This document shows, piece after piece, positions 14,989-27,593 of a stretch of 64,000 nucleotides of DNA (within the stretch, counting starts at the first letter, position 1; the number at the start of each line of letters is the position of its first letter). Location: NCBI RefSeq assembly GCF_009914755.1, contig NC_060932.1. One strand, written 5' to 3'. The notes under the pieces were generated by a model. The model worked only from the letters and a program-made list of their open reading frames with translations. It did no database searches and was not told the origin of the DNA. Both the position numbers and the translations under genes were made by a program. Source of the DNA: the human T2T-CHM13v2.0 reference genome, Homo sapiens.

Positions 14989-15320
14989 TGTCTTAGTCCC
15001 CTTGTGCTGCGATAACAGAAAAACATAGACTGGGTAATGTATGAAGAGCAGAAATGTATTTCTCATGGTTCAAGAGGCTAGGAAGATCAAGATAAAGGCA
15101 CTGGGAAGGTTGGTGTCTGATGACAACTGCTCTCTGCTTCGAAAACAGTGCCATGAATTCTGTGTCCTCCAGAGGGAGGAACACTGTCCTCTCATGGCAG
15201 AAGGAAAAGGGCAAAAGGGGTAGATTCTCTTTGTTAAGCTCTTTATTAAGGGTCACAGCTCTTACTGCTACCAAATTGGCAACACCTGAATTTTACAGGA
15301 GACACCTTCAAACACCAGCA
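14989..15320 (-). mobile_element. MST-family (MSTC-like) MaLR solo LTR
   Basis: tgtcttagtcc...gataacagaaaaacatagactgggtaat...caagataaaggcac...ttcaaacaccagca. Confidence 0.75.
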
Positions 15321-15419
15321 CCAGCTAGTCGAGTTGTACAGTCCTATGTATTTAAAAAATAATTAAACAGATTAAATTATTTTGGGGTCACTTATTATTA
15401 CTCATCATAGTTCAATGAT

Positions 15420-16070
15420 ATTTTTAAATAATCAGTTTAATTAAGGAATGAATTAGGTACCACAAATTTTACCACGTCTAAATGAACAATTTAAGGAGTC
15501 TTAATTTAATTTGACGAATTTGACTAAAGGTTATAGTCATGTATCCAACACCAAAATCATGGTATGGAGGCTTCTCATTCCTCCACAATTTCCTCCATAT
15601 CCATTTTCAGTCCATTTTTTCTCCCTTTCCCTTGCTCCTGGCAACCAGTGATCTGATTTCTGTCACCATAGCTTTCTCTCTTCCAGAATTTCATATAAAT
15701 GGAATCATAGGGTACACACATTTTTGTCTCTGGTTTCTTTCACTGAGTGTAATGATTCTGAGATTCATCCATTTGGTTCCCTGTATCAGTAGTTATGAAC
15801 TTTTTGTTGCTCAATGGTCCTCCACTGTGTGGCTTTGGCACCATTTGTCTATCTTATCACCAGCTGACTCAATGGTCCTCCACTCTGTGGCTTTGGCACC
15901 ATTTGTCTATCTTGTCACCAGCTGATGGGCATTTGGGTTGTTTCCAGTTTGGGGCTATTATGAAGAAAGTCTTACGAATGTTCCATCCCAGGTCTTTGTG
16001 TGGAAATGTGTTTTTATTTCACTCGGGTGAACACTTAGGGGTGGAATTGTTGGATCACAGAATAGGCACA
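15420..16070 (-). mobile_element. Old L1M (L1MB/ME-type) 3' fragment with an internal 58-bp tandem duplication
   Basis: ctggcaaccagtgatctgatttctgtc...ttccagaatttcatataaatggaatcat...gggcatttgggttgtttccagtttggggctattatg. Confidence 0.75.
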
Positions 16071-16404
16071 TACTTTTTGGTGAATGGGTACTCCCTCAGC
16101 GACCTTGTCTCTCCTCACAACTGGGATGGTGGAAGTCACCTCCACCAGTCCTACGGCACGAGCTGCTTGTGTTTAGACAAATTAATGGCGACCCTCAAAT
16201 AAACACACACCTCAATTATTTAACTATTTTTGGCTACTTACAAAATCAGAAAAGATTCACAGTACCAGTTTTCTTTGTTGGTGAAAAAGTGGTCTCTCCA
16301 AGCTCTTCCGTACCATTTTAAAAAAATTTACCTCCTTTTAAAAATTATTTGTTTTATGTTCAATGCACCCATTATTCAATTATAAGTATGAACACAAATT
16401 TATC

Positions 16405-16556
16405 AGTATAGGAAGCTCATTTGTATCTAAGAGCATAATGAAATATATCATGATTCAATTAGAGTTTATGATATTTGTTTAGTACAGGAAGCTCATTTGT
16501 ATCTAAGAGCATAATGAAATACACCATGATTCAATTAGAGTTTATCATATTTCTTT
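16405..16556. repeat. 76-bp tandem duplication (2 copies, 5 mismatches)
   Basis: agtataggaagctcatttgtatctaagagcataatg... at 16405 and 16481. Confidence 0.93.
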
Positions 16557-17134
16557 GCAAAAGCCAGGTATTGCCTAGTTTAGTCTATTAATTTTGAGTA
16601 CAATCTGACTTAATAATCTCTGATTAGCAAACTTGGGAAGCTATTGAATAGTTCGCACATTGCCCAGTTACTGCATTCATTGAGAGTGTACCAAGCAAAA
16701 CATACCACAAGGTAGCACGTCTAGTCTGTGTATTTATTCACTGTTTGTATGCGAATATGTGTAACTTAATGATTGTCCCTTAGGTCATATAGAGAAAAAA
16801 AGTTAAAAAATTACTTGGCTATTGTTCTTGTAGTTTTTGTAATTACACTTAGTAAAACAATATGACTTCAAAAATGTAACCCTAGTATCACAATTTGAAC
16901 ACAAAATCTTTCTTATTCATTCAAATAAAGAAAAAAATGTGTGTTTCTGTGATTACACAATGATCTTACTTCCTTTGCCATTTCTATCAGGAAGGAATTG
17001 TCCTTCTTGATTATCAGGTCAACTGTCAAGGAACCACAGTGTTTGTGTTCAAGGAACCCTTATTTGACTTAACAATTGCCCAAGAGTAATGAAATTGGCA
17101 TATTGTTATCATCATTCTATTTTTTTAAATATTA

Positions 17135-17405
17135 TTTTATTTGAGACAGGGTCTTACTCTGTTTTCCAGGCTGGGAGCCATCATGGCTGACTCACTATGA
17201 TCTCAGGCTCCTGGGCTCAAGTGATCTTTCGACCTCAGCCCCTGGAGTGGCTGGGACAACAGGTACATGCCACCACACCCAGATAATGATTTTATTTTAC
17301 TTTTGTAGAGACAGGGGTCTCACTATGTTGACCAGCCTGGTTCCAAGTCCCTGGGCTCAAGCAATCCTCCTGTCCCAGCCTCCCAAAGCGCCACCATGCT
17401 TGTCC
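17135..17405 (-). mobile_element. AluJ element
   Basis: Diverged reverse Alu with J-type features (gagacagggtctt, ctcctgggctcaagtgatc, gggctcaagcaatcctcc). Confidence 0.85.
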
Positions 17406-17406
17406 T

Positions 17407-17572
17407 ATTTTATCATTAGTCATTGTTGTGAATCTCTTACTGTGTCTAGCCTGTCAATTAAACTTTATCAGGAGTATGTACGCATAGAGAAAGCATAATA
17501 CATATGGCTTGGTTTCAGGCATCCACTGGGGGACTTAGAGCTTATCTCCTTGGGACAAGGGAAACTCCTGTA
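17407..17572. mobile_element. MER44/Tigger-family DNA transposon end
   Basis: aatctcttactgtg...ggtttcaggcatccactggggg...gacaagggaaactcctg followed by TA. Confidence 0.65.
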
Positions 17573-17592
17573 TGTTGAAAATGCCCTGTCCC

Positions 17593-17973
<381 letters not shown>

Positions 17974-19108
17974 TTAGTGCATTCTGCCCTGAAGAAAAAC
18001 ATCAAAGAAAATCTGGCTAGGTTCGGATACCCTTTTTCTCTCTTTTTATTCAATAGACAGCAAATTTAACCAAGGTAAATTTCAGCACCTTGATTCACGT
18101 ATATTGACATTGAGGTGAAGAACTATGACCTGTTAGAATAAAACTGATCAAAGATGACCACAAAAGATTTTAGTGTCTACCATCTCTAAAAGGTGAGTAA
18201 TGGAATCTGCATTGTATTTCCCACTAGAATAAAAGGGGTTTTATCTCAAGTAAAATGTGTCTCTGTGAACAAAAAAGCTGGGTCTATGTAGAATCAGAAA
18301 GAATTATTTAAAAAAAATCTGTGCCACTCTGAAAATATTCTTGATAATCTGTGAAAATGTAAAAAAGCAGAACAGACTATTGCATGAATTATACTTGGTA
18401 ACGTTTTCCAAATTTGTATTGTCCTATCCCTAATACTTTCCTTTCAATAACAGTAGATACAAAAGCAGAGCATGTGAGGAGCTGTATTAGAATCAGGATT
18501 TCATTCTCAGTAATATACACACTACTCCTAAACGTTCCATCCTGCACATCACATGAGTTAAATTATTTCTTGATCATCAATTTTTTTAAGTACCAGAGGT
18601 TATTTTGTTCCGTAGGTTACGTATCAGACAGTGATCATGAGACTCATAGATACTTGGAACTCCCCTTTTGGATCTAATTTAGCTCGACTTCTCTAACTTT
18701 GCTTTTTTATTAAAAAATAGGAACATCACTTTTCAAATCAATTAATGGAAAAGGAAGCTGGAGACTGTCCACCTGCTCTTTCCCTCAATTGCCTCCTCTC
18801 CTCCTTCAATGTCATCTTAAGTGACTTCTCCTTATTAAACACCAGGACAGATGAAGATACAAGGCAATATAATTTTTTATTTATGTTTTTATTTCTTGAC
18901 ACTGCCACTTTCAAGGTGAGATGCCATAATTAACTTTTTAAAAACTTGTCAACTTACTTTATTTTTCTTACATTACAAACCACTAAGTCAAATTATTGTG
19001 CTAAACTTTATAGTTTACTAAAATGTAGGCCTGACATAAACTAATTGGTGCTAAGTTATATTTAATGGGTTGTGCCCAGTTAGTTTCCTCATGTTCCAAA
19101 TCACTGGA

Positions 19109-19488
19109 TGTATTAGTCCATATTTGTACTACTATAAGGAACTGCTCAAGACTGGGTAGTTTATAAAGGAAAGAGGTTTAATTGACTCACAGTTCAGCTG
19201 GGGAGGCCTCAGGAAACTTACAATCGTGGTGGAAGGTAAAGGGGAAGCAAAGTGCCTTCTTCACAAGGCGGCATGAAGGAGAGGAATGCAGGGGGAATTA
19301 CCAAACACTTATAAAACCAACACATCTCATGAGAACTCACTCACTATCACGACAGCAGCATAGTGGAAACCATCCCCATGATTCGATCACTCTACTTGGC
19401 CTCTCCTTTGACACAAGAAGATTATGGGGATCATAGGGACTAAAAATCAAGATGAGATTTTGGGTGCAGACTCAGCCAAACTATATCA
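19109..19488 (-). mobile_element. THE1C/D-like MaLR solo LTR (sense to CSMD1)
   Basis: tgtattagtcc...ttgactcacagttc...cagccaaactatatca; 5-bp TSD ctgga/ctgaa. Confidence 0.87.
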
Positions 19489-20819
19489 CTGAATAAGCAT
19501 AACAAGAACTGGTCAGATTTTATTTTGCTTTGAGATTTTCAAGGCCAGCCTACTTCATCGCAAACCACAAAATGACACAAATAAAATCAGAAGTGCAAAC
19601 TGAAGTCCTGGAAATGAATCAGTACTGATTTTTCTTCAAGTCAAAACTTCTCATAAAAAGATGGTCCCTGTCTCCTATTTAATAATAACTAATCATAAAA
19701 ATTTAACAATATGTAATGATTCCACAATTCCTATATATATATTTTTGAAACCTTTAAAATGAAGATTTTCACAGTCAAATGATGAAAATATTTAATAAGG
19801 ATGAAGTAAAAAGAACCTTCTTCATCAATATAGGTGTATGGAAATAATCATATTTCAAATCTATGAGATATGAAACAATCTATTTGACCATACTCTGCAA
19901 ATCTAGTGTTCATAGAGTGATCCCACAAAAATAATGATATTTATTAAACTTCTGTTAACTCACTTTATCCCTTTTATCAACTTTTTTTCAAATTCCATGG
20001 AAATGTAAAAGTAACTATTTAATTTAATCAGGCTAATAATAACCTATCTTAATGAAATTCAGAGAGGAAACAAGAGACTACTTTAAAAACCCTCTCTAGA
20101 GGACCAATTGCTTCCAGCAGAGGAGGCGTATGCCTGTCAAATCGATTACTGTCAATGTGTAATGTTAGCATCAGTTTATGAGCTCAACTGATAATTCACA
20201 GGGCTGACAAGCGCCCTTGCAGAATCAGGAATTAATAAGGTAAAGGAATTTTGAATTTTAGAAAATGGAATTAAGCCTTAATTCCATGAAGAACATAGTA
20301 ACTTTGTCAAATTGCATTATCTGCTTCGTTGCGTCTACCATTACTTATATCTGAAGGTAATTACAAAATAGCTATTATTCTTACAGCACCTGAAATTTGA
20401 AATTAAATAGATGTTAAATTATTATATAGGTTTTAGAAGTTCTAATTTCAACTATATGGTTGGGGACCTAAAAGTGATATGTGAGCTACGTAGAATGAAT
20501 TTCCTTGACTGTTAAACACTCGAGGAAGGGGGGACCTTAAAAGTCACTTTAGAAAACAAACAAACGGCTCTGCAGCCAGAACTGCTTCCTTATTCAGAGA
20601 CGAATGGCCAGGCCTCAAGAGAAGCATAACTCTTGCAGCTTATGCCAATATTCAAATTACAGTACAAATCTTGACAGAAGCTGGGCTTTAAAGAAATGGC
20701 ACGAGAAACGAAACTGTCAAGAATATTAAATCACCCCAAACTGTTTATACTGAGCATATTTTACCAAAGAAGGTATTCAAATAAAAATGATGGGGAAAAA
20801 AAAGACTTTCATAGCAACC

Positions 20820-21990
20820 CTTAAAAGACTGACCATACCAAATGTCAGCAAACATTTAGAAAAACTGTGTGTAAGAGTTCACCGTTAGTGAGGGTGGAAC
20901 TTAGTACAGCCACCATGGAAAACAGTATGCAGCTTTCTTATAAAAGTAAAAAAGAACTATCATATGATCCAGTCATCCTACTAGTGGGCATATACCCAAC
21001 AGAAATGAAATCAGTACATGGAAGAGATAGCTGCACTCCCCTGTTCACTGCAGAATCATTCACAATAGCCAAGATACGGAAAGAACCGAGGTGTCAATCA
21101 ATGGATGAATAATGGTAAAAATGTGGAATACTATTTGGTCATAAAAAAGAAAGAAATCCTGTCATTTGCAGCAACACGGATGAGCCTGAAGGACACTTTG
21201 TTAAGTAAAGTGAGCCAGTGACAGAAAGACAAGCACATCATCATCTCACTTTTACGGAGAACCTCAGAAAACTGATCTCATTGGAGCAGAGGATGGAATG
21301 GTGGTTACCAGAGACTGGGGGAGGCAGGAGGACAGGAATGGGGAGAGATGAGTTAACAGGTGCAGGGTCTCAGGTAGAAGGAAGAAGTTCTTGTGTGCTA
21401 TTGTACAGAAGGGTGATTACACTTAACAATATTGCATGGTATATTTCAAAATAGCTAGAAGAGAGGATTTTCAATGTTTTTACCGTAAAGAAACGCTGAA
21501 CGTTGGAGATGATGCAAATGCTACGAACCTTGATTTGACCATTTCACAATGTAAATATGTACTGAAGCATAAATAAACAGAAATGATAATAAAATGCTGA
21601 AGGAAATATAAAATGCAAAAATTATTTTGGGAAACAATTTGGTAACTTTTTAAAAAGTTAAACATGTAGTTAATATATGACATGGCCCTTCCACACAGAG
21701 GTAGTGACCCAAGGGAAATGGAAGCCATGTCCAAAGCAACACTTGTACACAGATGTTCACTGACCTTCATTCTTAAACGCCCCTGCAGGGAAAAAGGCAT
21801 GAAGACACTTTGGGGGCTGTCAGGAACGTTCAATATCTTTCACTATGAGGTATTCGCACTCTGGGAGGGGTCAACAATGTTCAATATCTTGACGAGGGGT
21901 GGTGAAAACAAGGGTTGATGTTTATCAAAACTCATCGAATTGCACACTTTTGAATATCTGCATTTCTTGTGCATAAAGTATAACTTAATG
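20820..21990 (+). mobile_element. Old L1 fragments (L1MA-type ORF2 end/3' UTR within an L1ME-type remnant)
   Basis: The 20867-21112 translation resembles the ORF2 C-terminus ([20 protein letters not shown]...FTIAKI); L1MA 3' UTR follows. Confidence 0.75.
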
Positions 21991-22249
21991 AAATGGTTAA
22001 ATTGTTAGGTTTTTCAGCGTAAAATTTTCTATGAAATAAAGTCTATGGTTGTTGTTTTCTATGGTTTGTAATTTATACCTTACCTATAATAAATTACAGA
22101 TAGTCCCACCTCCCCCACAAAAATACATCCACAGCAACAGCCAGCACTACTGAGTTTGGTCACATAAACTGTGCACCAGATCACACCAGGGGCACTGGCC
22201 ACACTGTCTATTTCTTATATTTGTCAATCTCGATATGTATTAATCGATA

Positions 22250-22445
22250 TCTGTATGTATGTATGTATGTATGTGTGTATGGGTATACATGTACAAATTT
22301 AATTATAAAAGAGGATAAATCAGAACAAAAATATAATTGCCAAGTATGTATATATACACACATGCATATATACATATATACACACATGCACATATACATA
22401 TATACACACATACATATACATACAAACATATGAATATACACACAA
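22250..22445. repeat. (TATG)n / (TA,CA)n low-complexity microsatellite
   Basis: Read directly. Confidence 0.85.
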
Positions 22446-22809
22446 CTATACTGGGAATTCTAATATCTCATCTTCCCTCTTTGATACATCTTCCACTGAT
22501 ATGTAGGACTATCTGCTATAAGGGAGATGTTATTACATCATTATTATCAATATGAATACTTACAGGTGACATTTAATAACTGCTTACTATGTGCTGAGAA
22601 ATGTAGAAATCATTTTGTATGTGTTGTATAGATTTTAAACTAGATTATAAACACCATGAGAGTGGAAGCTGTATCTGTCTTCTGTTTATTTTTTTAATGC
22701 TGAACAAATTGTCTGACATATGTAGTAGGTATTTAATTAATGTTTATCAAGTAGATGATGGTTATGAAGTCCCTTTATTTCATCATTACAACATGTTAAA
22801 GCATTTTTC

Positions 22810-23110
22810 TGCTAGGCACAGTGGCTTACAACTGTAATCTCAGCACCTTGGGAAGCTGAAGCGGGTGGATCATTTGAGGTCAGGAGTTTGAGACCAGCCT
22901 GTCCAAAATGGTGAAACCACATCTCCACTAAAAATACAAAAAGTAGCCAGGTGTGATGGCAGGTGCCTGTAATCCCAGCTACTCAGGAGGCTGAGGCAAG
23001 AGGATCACCTGAACCCTGGAGGTGGAGGTTGCAGTGAGCAGCGATCATGGCCCTGAACTGCAGCCTGGGTAACAGAACGAGACTCCATTTCAACAACAAC
23101 AACAAAAAAA
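22810..23110 (+). mobile_element. AluS element with (CAA)n tail
   Basis: Full Alu, followed by MIR-like sequence (ttttacagataaaataattgaag). Confidence 0.9.
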
Positions 23111-24766
23111 TTCAAAGAAGCTCTTTGTAAATATATAAGATAGGTTCTATTGTTTACCTTATTTTACAGATAAAATAATTGAAGAAAATTGGATAATATT
23201 CTAAGCATTGAATAGTTGCATGACTAGTAAACTGGAGGGTTCAGTTCGGTCTTTTCTCACTGCATTGTCTGAGCCCTTAAATCTCTCTTCTTGGTTTTAG
23301 TTCCTTAGCAAGATCAGGAACCCTGCTAGTAATGGATTCTGGGAAATGCAGTTTCCAGGCTTCCAGACTTTCTGTTCTAGACAGTAAGGAGCCCATGAGA
23401 AAATGAATATGGTTAAAACACCAACAGAGCTAGCAACTCTATGGACTCTCTATGGAAGAGGGATGATGGAGATTAGGATTTCCCAGTTCCACTAAGACAC
23501 AGGTCCATGCAACAGCTGAAACTCCCCATCCCTCACCTTCCCTCCCATGTGCAGATGTCACACCTGGGCCATCACTAATCTTGTCTAACCCTGCATACTC
23601 TCCTCTGCTCTACAGAAAGGCAGTAACTTGGAGAGTGAAAATTTTCCCATCTCATTTTCCCACTAGGCAGTTGCTTTAGTGTGCCGCTTTTGTATTCCCA
23701 GTTTGTCTTTTCCCGGAAGTCAGCATGTCACTTTCAGTTTTAAAAGGCTATTTAACTGGTATTCATCTTGCCGCCTCCCTGACCCATCCCATCCCCATGC
23801 CTTTTTTCCAGTAGTGCATGCCTCTCTTCCATCCCTTGTATGAGAGTTAAATTATACTTTACTTGAATTTTCTTCTATCTCTACTTGATTTACCTCATTT
23901 CCACCAATAAACAACTGACAAAACTTGTTTATTAATGTTCTCCCTTCATGTTTCCGGTAACATATGACCCATAGTCTTGCTAAAATTAAGAGGAAACACA
24001 TCACATCTCTCACTTTACTTTTGCTCTATCTACAACGATAACTTGTTCAATGACGTTGAAAATTTGCTCCTATTTATTCATAACATTGGAGAAAACAAAT
24101 ATTTTATTCCATACAATTGTCATTTCCTACCAGCCTACCACCACGCCCACAGTGAGATAAGATATCGGCTGCTCTTCTGCAGCACCTCTTACTTCCTGCC
24201 TTGACATGACTTCACTGTGTCACACTTCTTTCAAATGTTAGTAGATGCTTGATAGTATCACAGACTCGAATGTGATCATGTAAGAGATCACTGTGTGAAT
24301 TCCATGTTCTGCTAAATTTTTGAAGTTCCTACTCTGAAAATTATAACATAATAATAGGGTCTGAGGAAAAGTCCCAGAACCCAGTTGGTAGTTATCAACC
24401 AACAACTTACCAGAAAGATGACTCAGTAGATTGCTTGGTAATACCTGAACTTCTTAATCTGGGCATTATAATCAGGAAGAGGCATGGGTAGAGAACTGAA
24501 TATGACTATGGAAAAATAAAACACCTTTTAAATAAATAGATTTTTAAATAAAATATTTGGGATTGAGAAACTATGCAAATGAAAGATAGACGGTTAAAAG
24601 AAAAAAAATCATGTAAAGTGTTTACTCCTTAGCATTGTCAAGTGATGAAATGTATTTATACCACGACAGTTCCTGCTTAGCTTTTGCAGGTAATGGTTGC
24701 CAAGTCTTTGGTGCAAAAATAGAAATGATAATTTTTAGAAAAGTTGTTACTCCTTCCCATTACTGA

Positions 24767-25099
<333 letters not shown>

Positions 25100-27264
25100 A
25101 ACATGGGCTTATTTTTATTCTACATTGTTTATGTGAAATGGATCTGCTTAAATATAGTCATCAGAGTAATGCCTAAACACACAGACACACACAGTTACAT
25201 TTCTTCTAATCATTGAAGAACATACCTTATCAATAAATGGGGGGGTTACAGTCAGGTTCTTCCAGTAGCAGATGGCATACAAAATTCAGTTTAAGATGTG
25301 CAAACAAGTCATTGAAAAAATAAATTTACTTGAAAACTGTGTCATAGCAACCTAGTTTTTAAAAGTTATAATCCAAGAAATACGTTTTATACAGAGATTG
25401 GAAGGTTAGAAAGTTGCATTTTGATAAACATGGTGGGATTCTGAAGAAACAATGAATGAAATAGAAATAAACTTTATTAGACAACTTTTGTGGAACTACA
25501 GTTGTTGACATAGAGATGTAGTTACTTTTCTGTTTCTTCAAAATTCTTCTAACTTATCTCCAGGTCTTCTGACCATATAGCTTTATTTTGATTTCCTTGA
25601 CAGGGACTTCCACTGCCTGACTGTTTTTCTGCAAATATTTTCAATGAGAATCCCTTCTGCCTTTCAAAATGGGCATTAAGTGAACTACCCACTTTCTTAA
25701 TATCCCCTTTGCTCCTAAATTAAATATTTTATTTTTTCTTTATTTGTGGTTGGTGTTGTGTGGTGTGGGCGGATTGCTTCTTGGTTCATTTTTCAAGATC
25801 TCCTTATTATGTAATGACCATGGTTCTTTCGGACAGTCTAAATTATTTTCTCATTAAAGCCATGCACACGTGCCACACTCTAGTGGTGACGAGGGCATCT
25901 TCTTTATGTCTTGGCCCATCAGATGGCCATTTAGCGCCCAACATTGGTGAGATGCTTCTCTCTTAGTGGAAAGTGACAGAATGCCTGCAACCCCATATTC
26001 TTATTTTCTAATCTGAAGTTAAATTCAGGCTTGTGTTGACTTTTATTTCCCTACGTAAGACTTCAGAGCAGATTCACCAGTGCACAGTTCTAGGACTGAA
26101 AAACGGGCTCCCGTGGCAGCTCAGCCATTCTCTGTTGCACTGGAAATTGCTTCCTGCTTCAACTTCTGGTTAAGTCAGCTAGAAAGTTCCCTGGACTAAG
26201 GTGCTCAACCCTGCAAAATCTCAGATGGCTCCCAGGCAAGACGCCCCTCTGGAAGTCTAACGATTTCCTTTTAGGTGGCAAAGCACTGAGTGATTTCTCT
26301 GCTTTCTCATGAACTACAACAATCGCATCATTCCTGGCATTCTTTGATTATGAGACCTGAGGTCTTAGTAGCATCTGATGCTTTCCAGAGTAACCTTAGA
26401 ATTATATAAGAATACCTTTGAGGTTCTCTGGCAGTAAATGTTTAGATAAGGCCATCATAGTAAATATTCCTTAGAACATTTCCCATTTATGCCAGCGTCC
26501 TTTCAGAATATTACCTCTGTAAGGTACGACTAAATCGTTTTTTAAAACTGTGTTTCATTTTCAGGTTGATATAATCTCTAATGCAAAACTCATCTAATTA
26601 CCAGTAGATGTTCCTATATGTAATACCAAAATTAAAGATCAAGGTGATTTTATGACTTTTCCATTTAATTTCTTCTGAGCATTTGTAAAGAGTTCCAGTT
26701 AATTCAATATTTGCTTATTCCATACAAGCCTATATTAAAGAAAATAGTATCCCTGACAGTTAATATGTGTTTTCACTGCATTTTGTTATAGACAGTTCAA
26801 AAATGTTCTGCCTTGATTATGAAGTACAAATATTTCCTTCTAAATAGTGAACATAATTTAGATTATATTACTTCTCCAGCCTAAAATCATGAGGAAATCC
26901 CATTTATTAGTGTTAAATCTCAACCTAATTGTTTGATCTGATCTCTCCACCTTTTCTCCATATCCCCCTCATTCCTGCCCCATAGACTTCATTTTGCTGC
27001 TGAATAAAATCACTAATTTAACATCCGCAGATAGCTTGTCTGCTCCCATCTTGTATTCATCTCCTGGAACAGACAGTTCCTTACACTTCTCGCCTATATT
27101 TCTATGAGTCAGAGTGCTGGCAGGAAGTGGCACACTCAAATCGGAAAATTAAAAAAAGTTAATGCAGGAAATATCGGGAATACTTGTGATTGGTTTAAGT
27201 CAACTATCACGGGCTAGTCAGCACAGTTCCCATGTGCTGTTCACAGTGGATCCATTTATCCCCC

Positions 27265-27336
27265 CAGGGAGCTGGTAGCAGACAGGACAGGGAGCTGGTA
27301 GCAGACAGGACTGGGAGCTGGTAGCAGAGAGGACAG
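27265..27336. repeat. 23-bp tandem repeat, about 3.1 copies (cagggagctggtagcagacagga)
   Basis: Units at 27265, 27288 and 27311. Confidence 0.93.
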
Positions 27337-27511
27337 AAGCCCCTGGTGGGAGCTGCTACCTTTGGCAATCCATGGAAGAGAGACGGAGAGACAGCACACC
27401 CCTACTTCACTCACTCTGTGGCCTCAGTCACTCCCCTTTGGTGAATCCCAATGAGAAGTCAGAGGGCAAAAAAGCCCCTTGATATGTTCAGTCCTCAGAG
27501 CACAGAGCTCC

Positions 27512-27593
27512 CTGGGAAAGAAAATAGTATCCCTGACAGTTAATATGTGTTTTCACTGCACATATTTCACTGCACATATTTCACTGGGAAAGA
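27512..27593. other. Templated insertion: 44-bp exact copy of 26737-26780 plus iterated inverted/direct microsegments, flanked by a 10-bp duplication
   Basis: 27517-27560 equals 26737-26780; ctgggaaaga occurs at 27512-27521 and 27584-27593. Confidence 0.88.

Noticed and set aside
19375-19395. DUX4-responsive alternative promoter in the sense THE1 LTR
   Set aside because: The site reads tgatcgaatca rather than taattgaatca, and there is no sequence evidence of splicing to the downstream exon.
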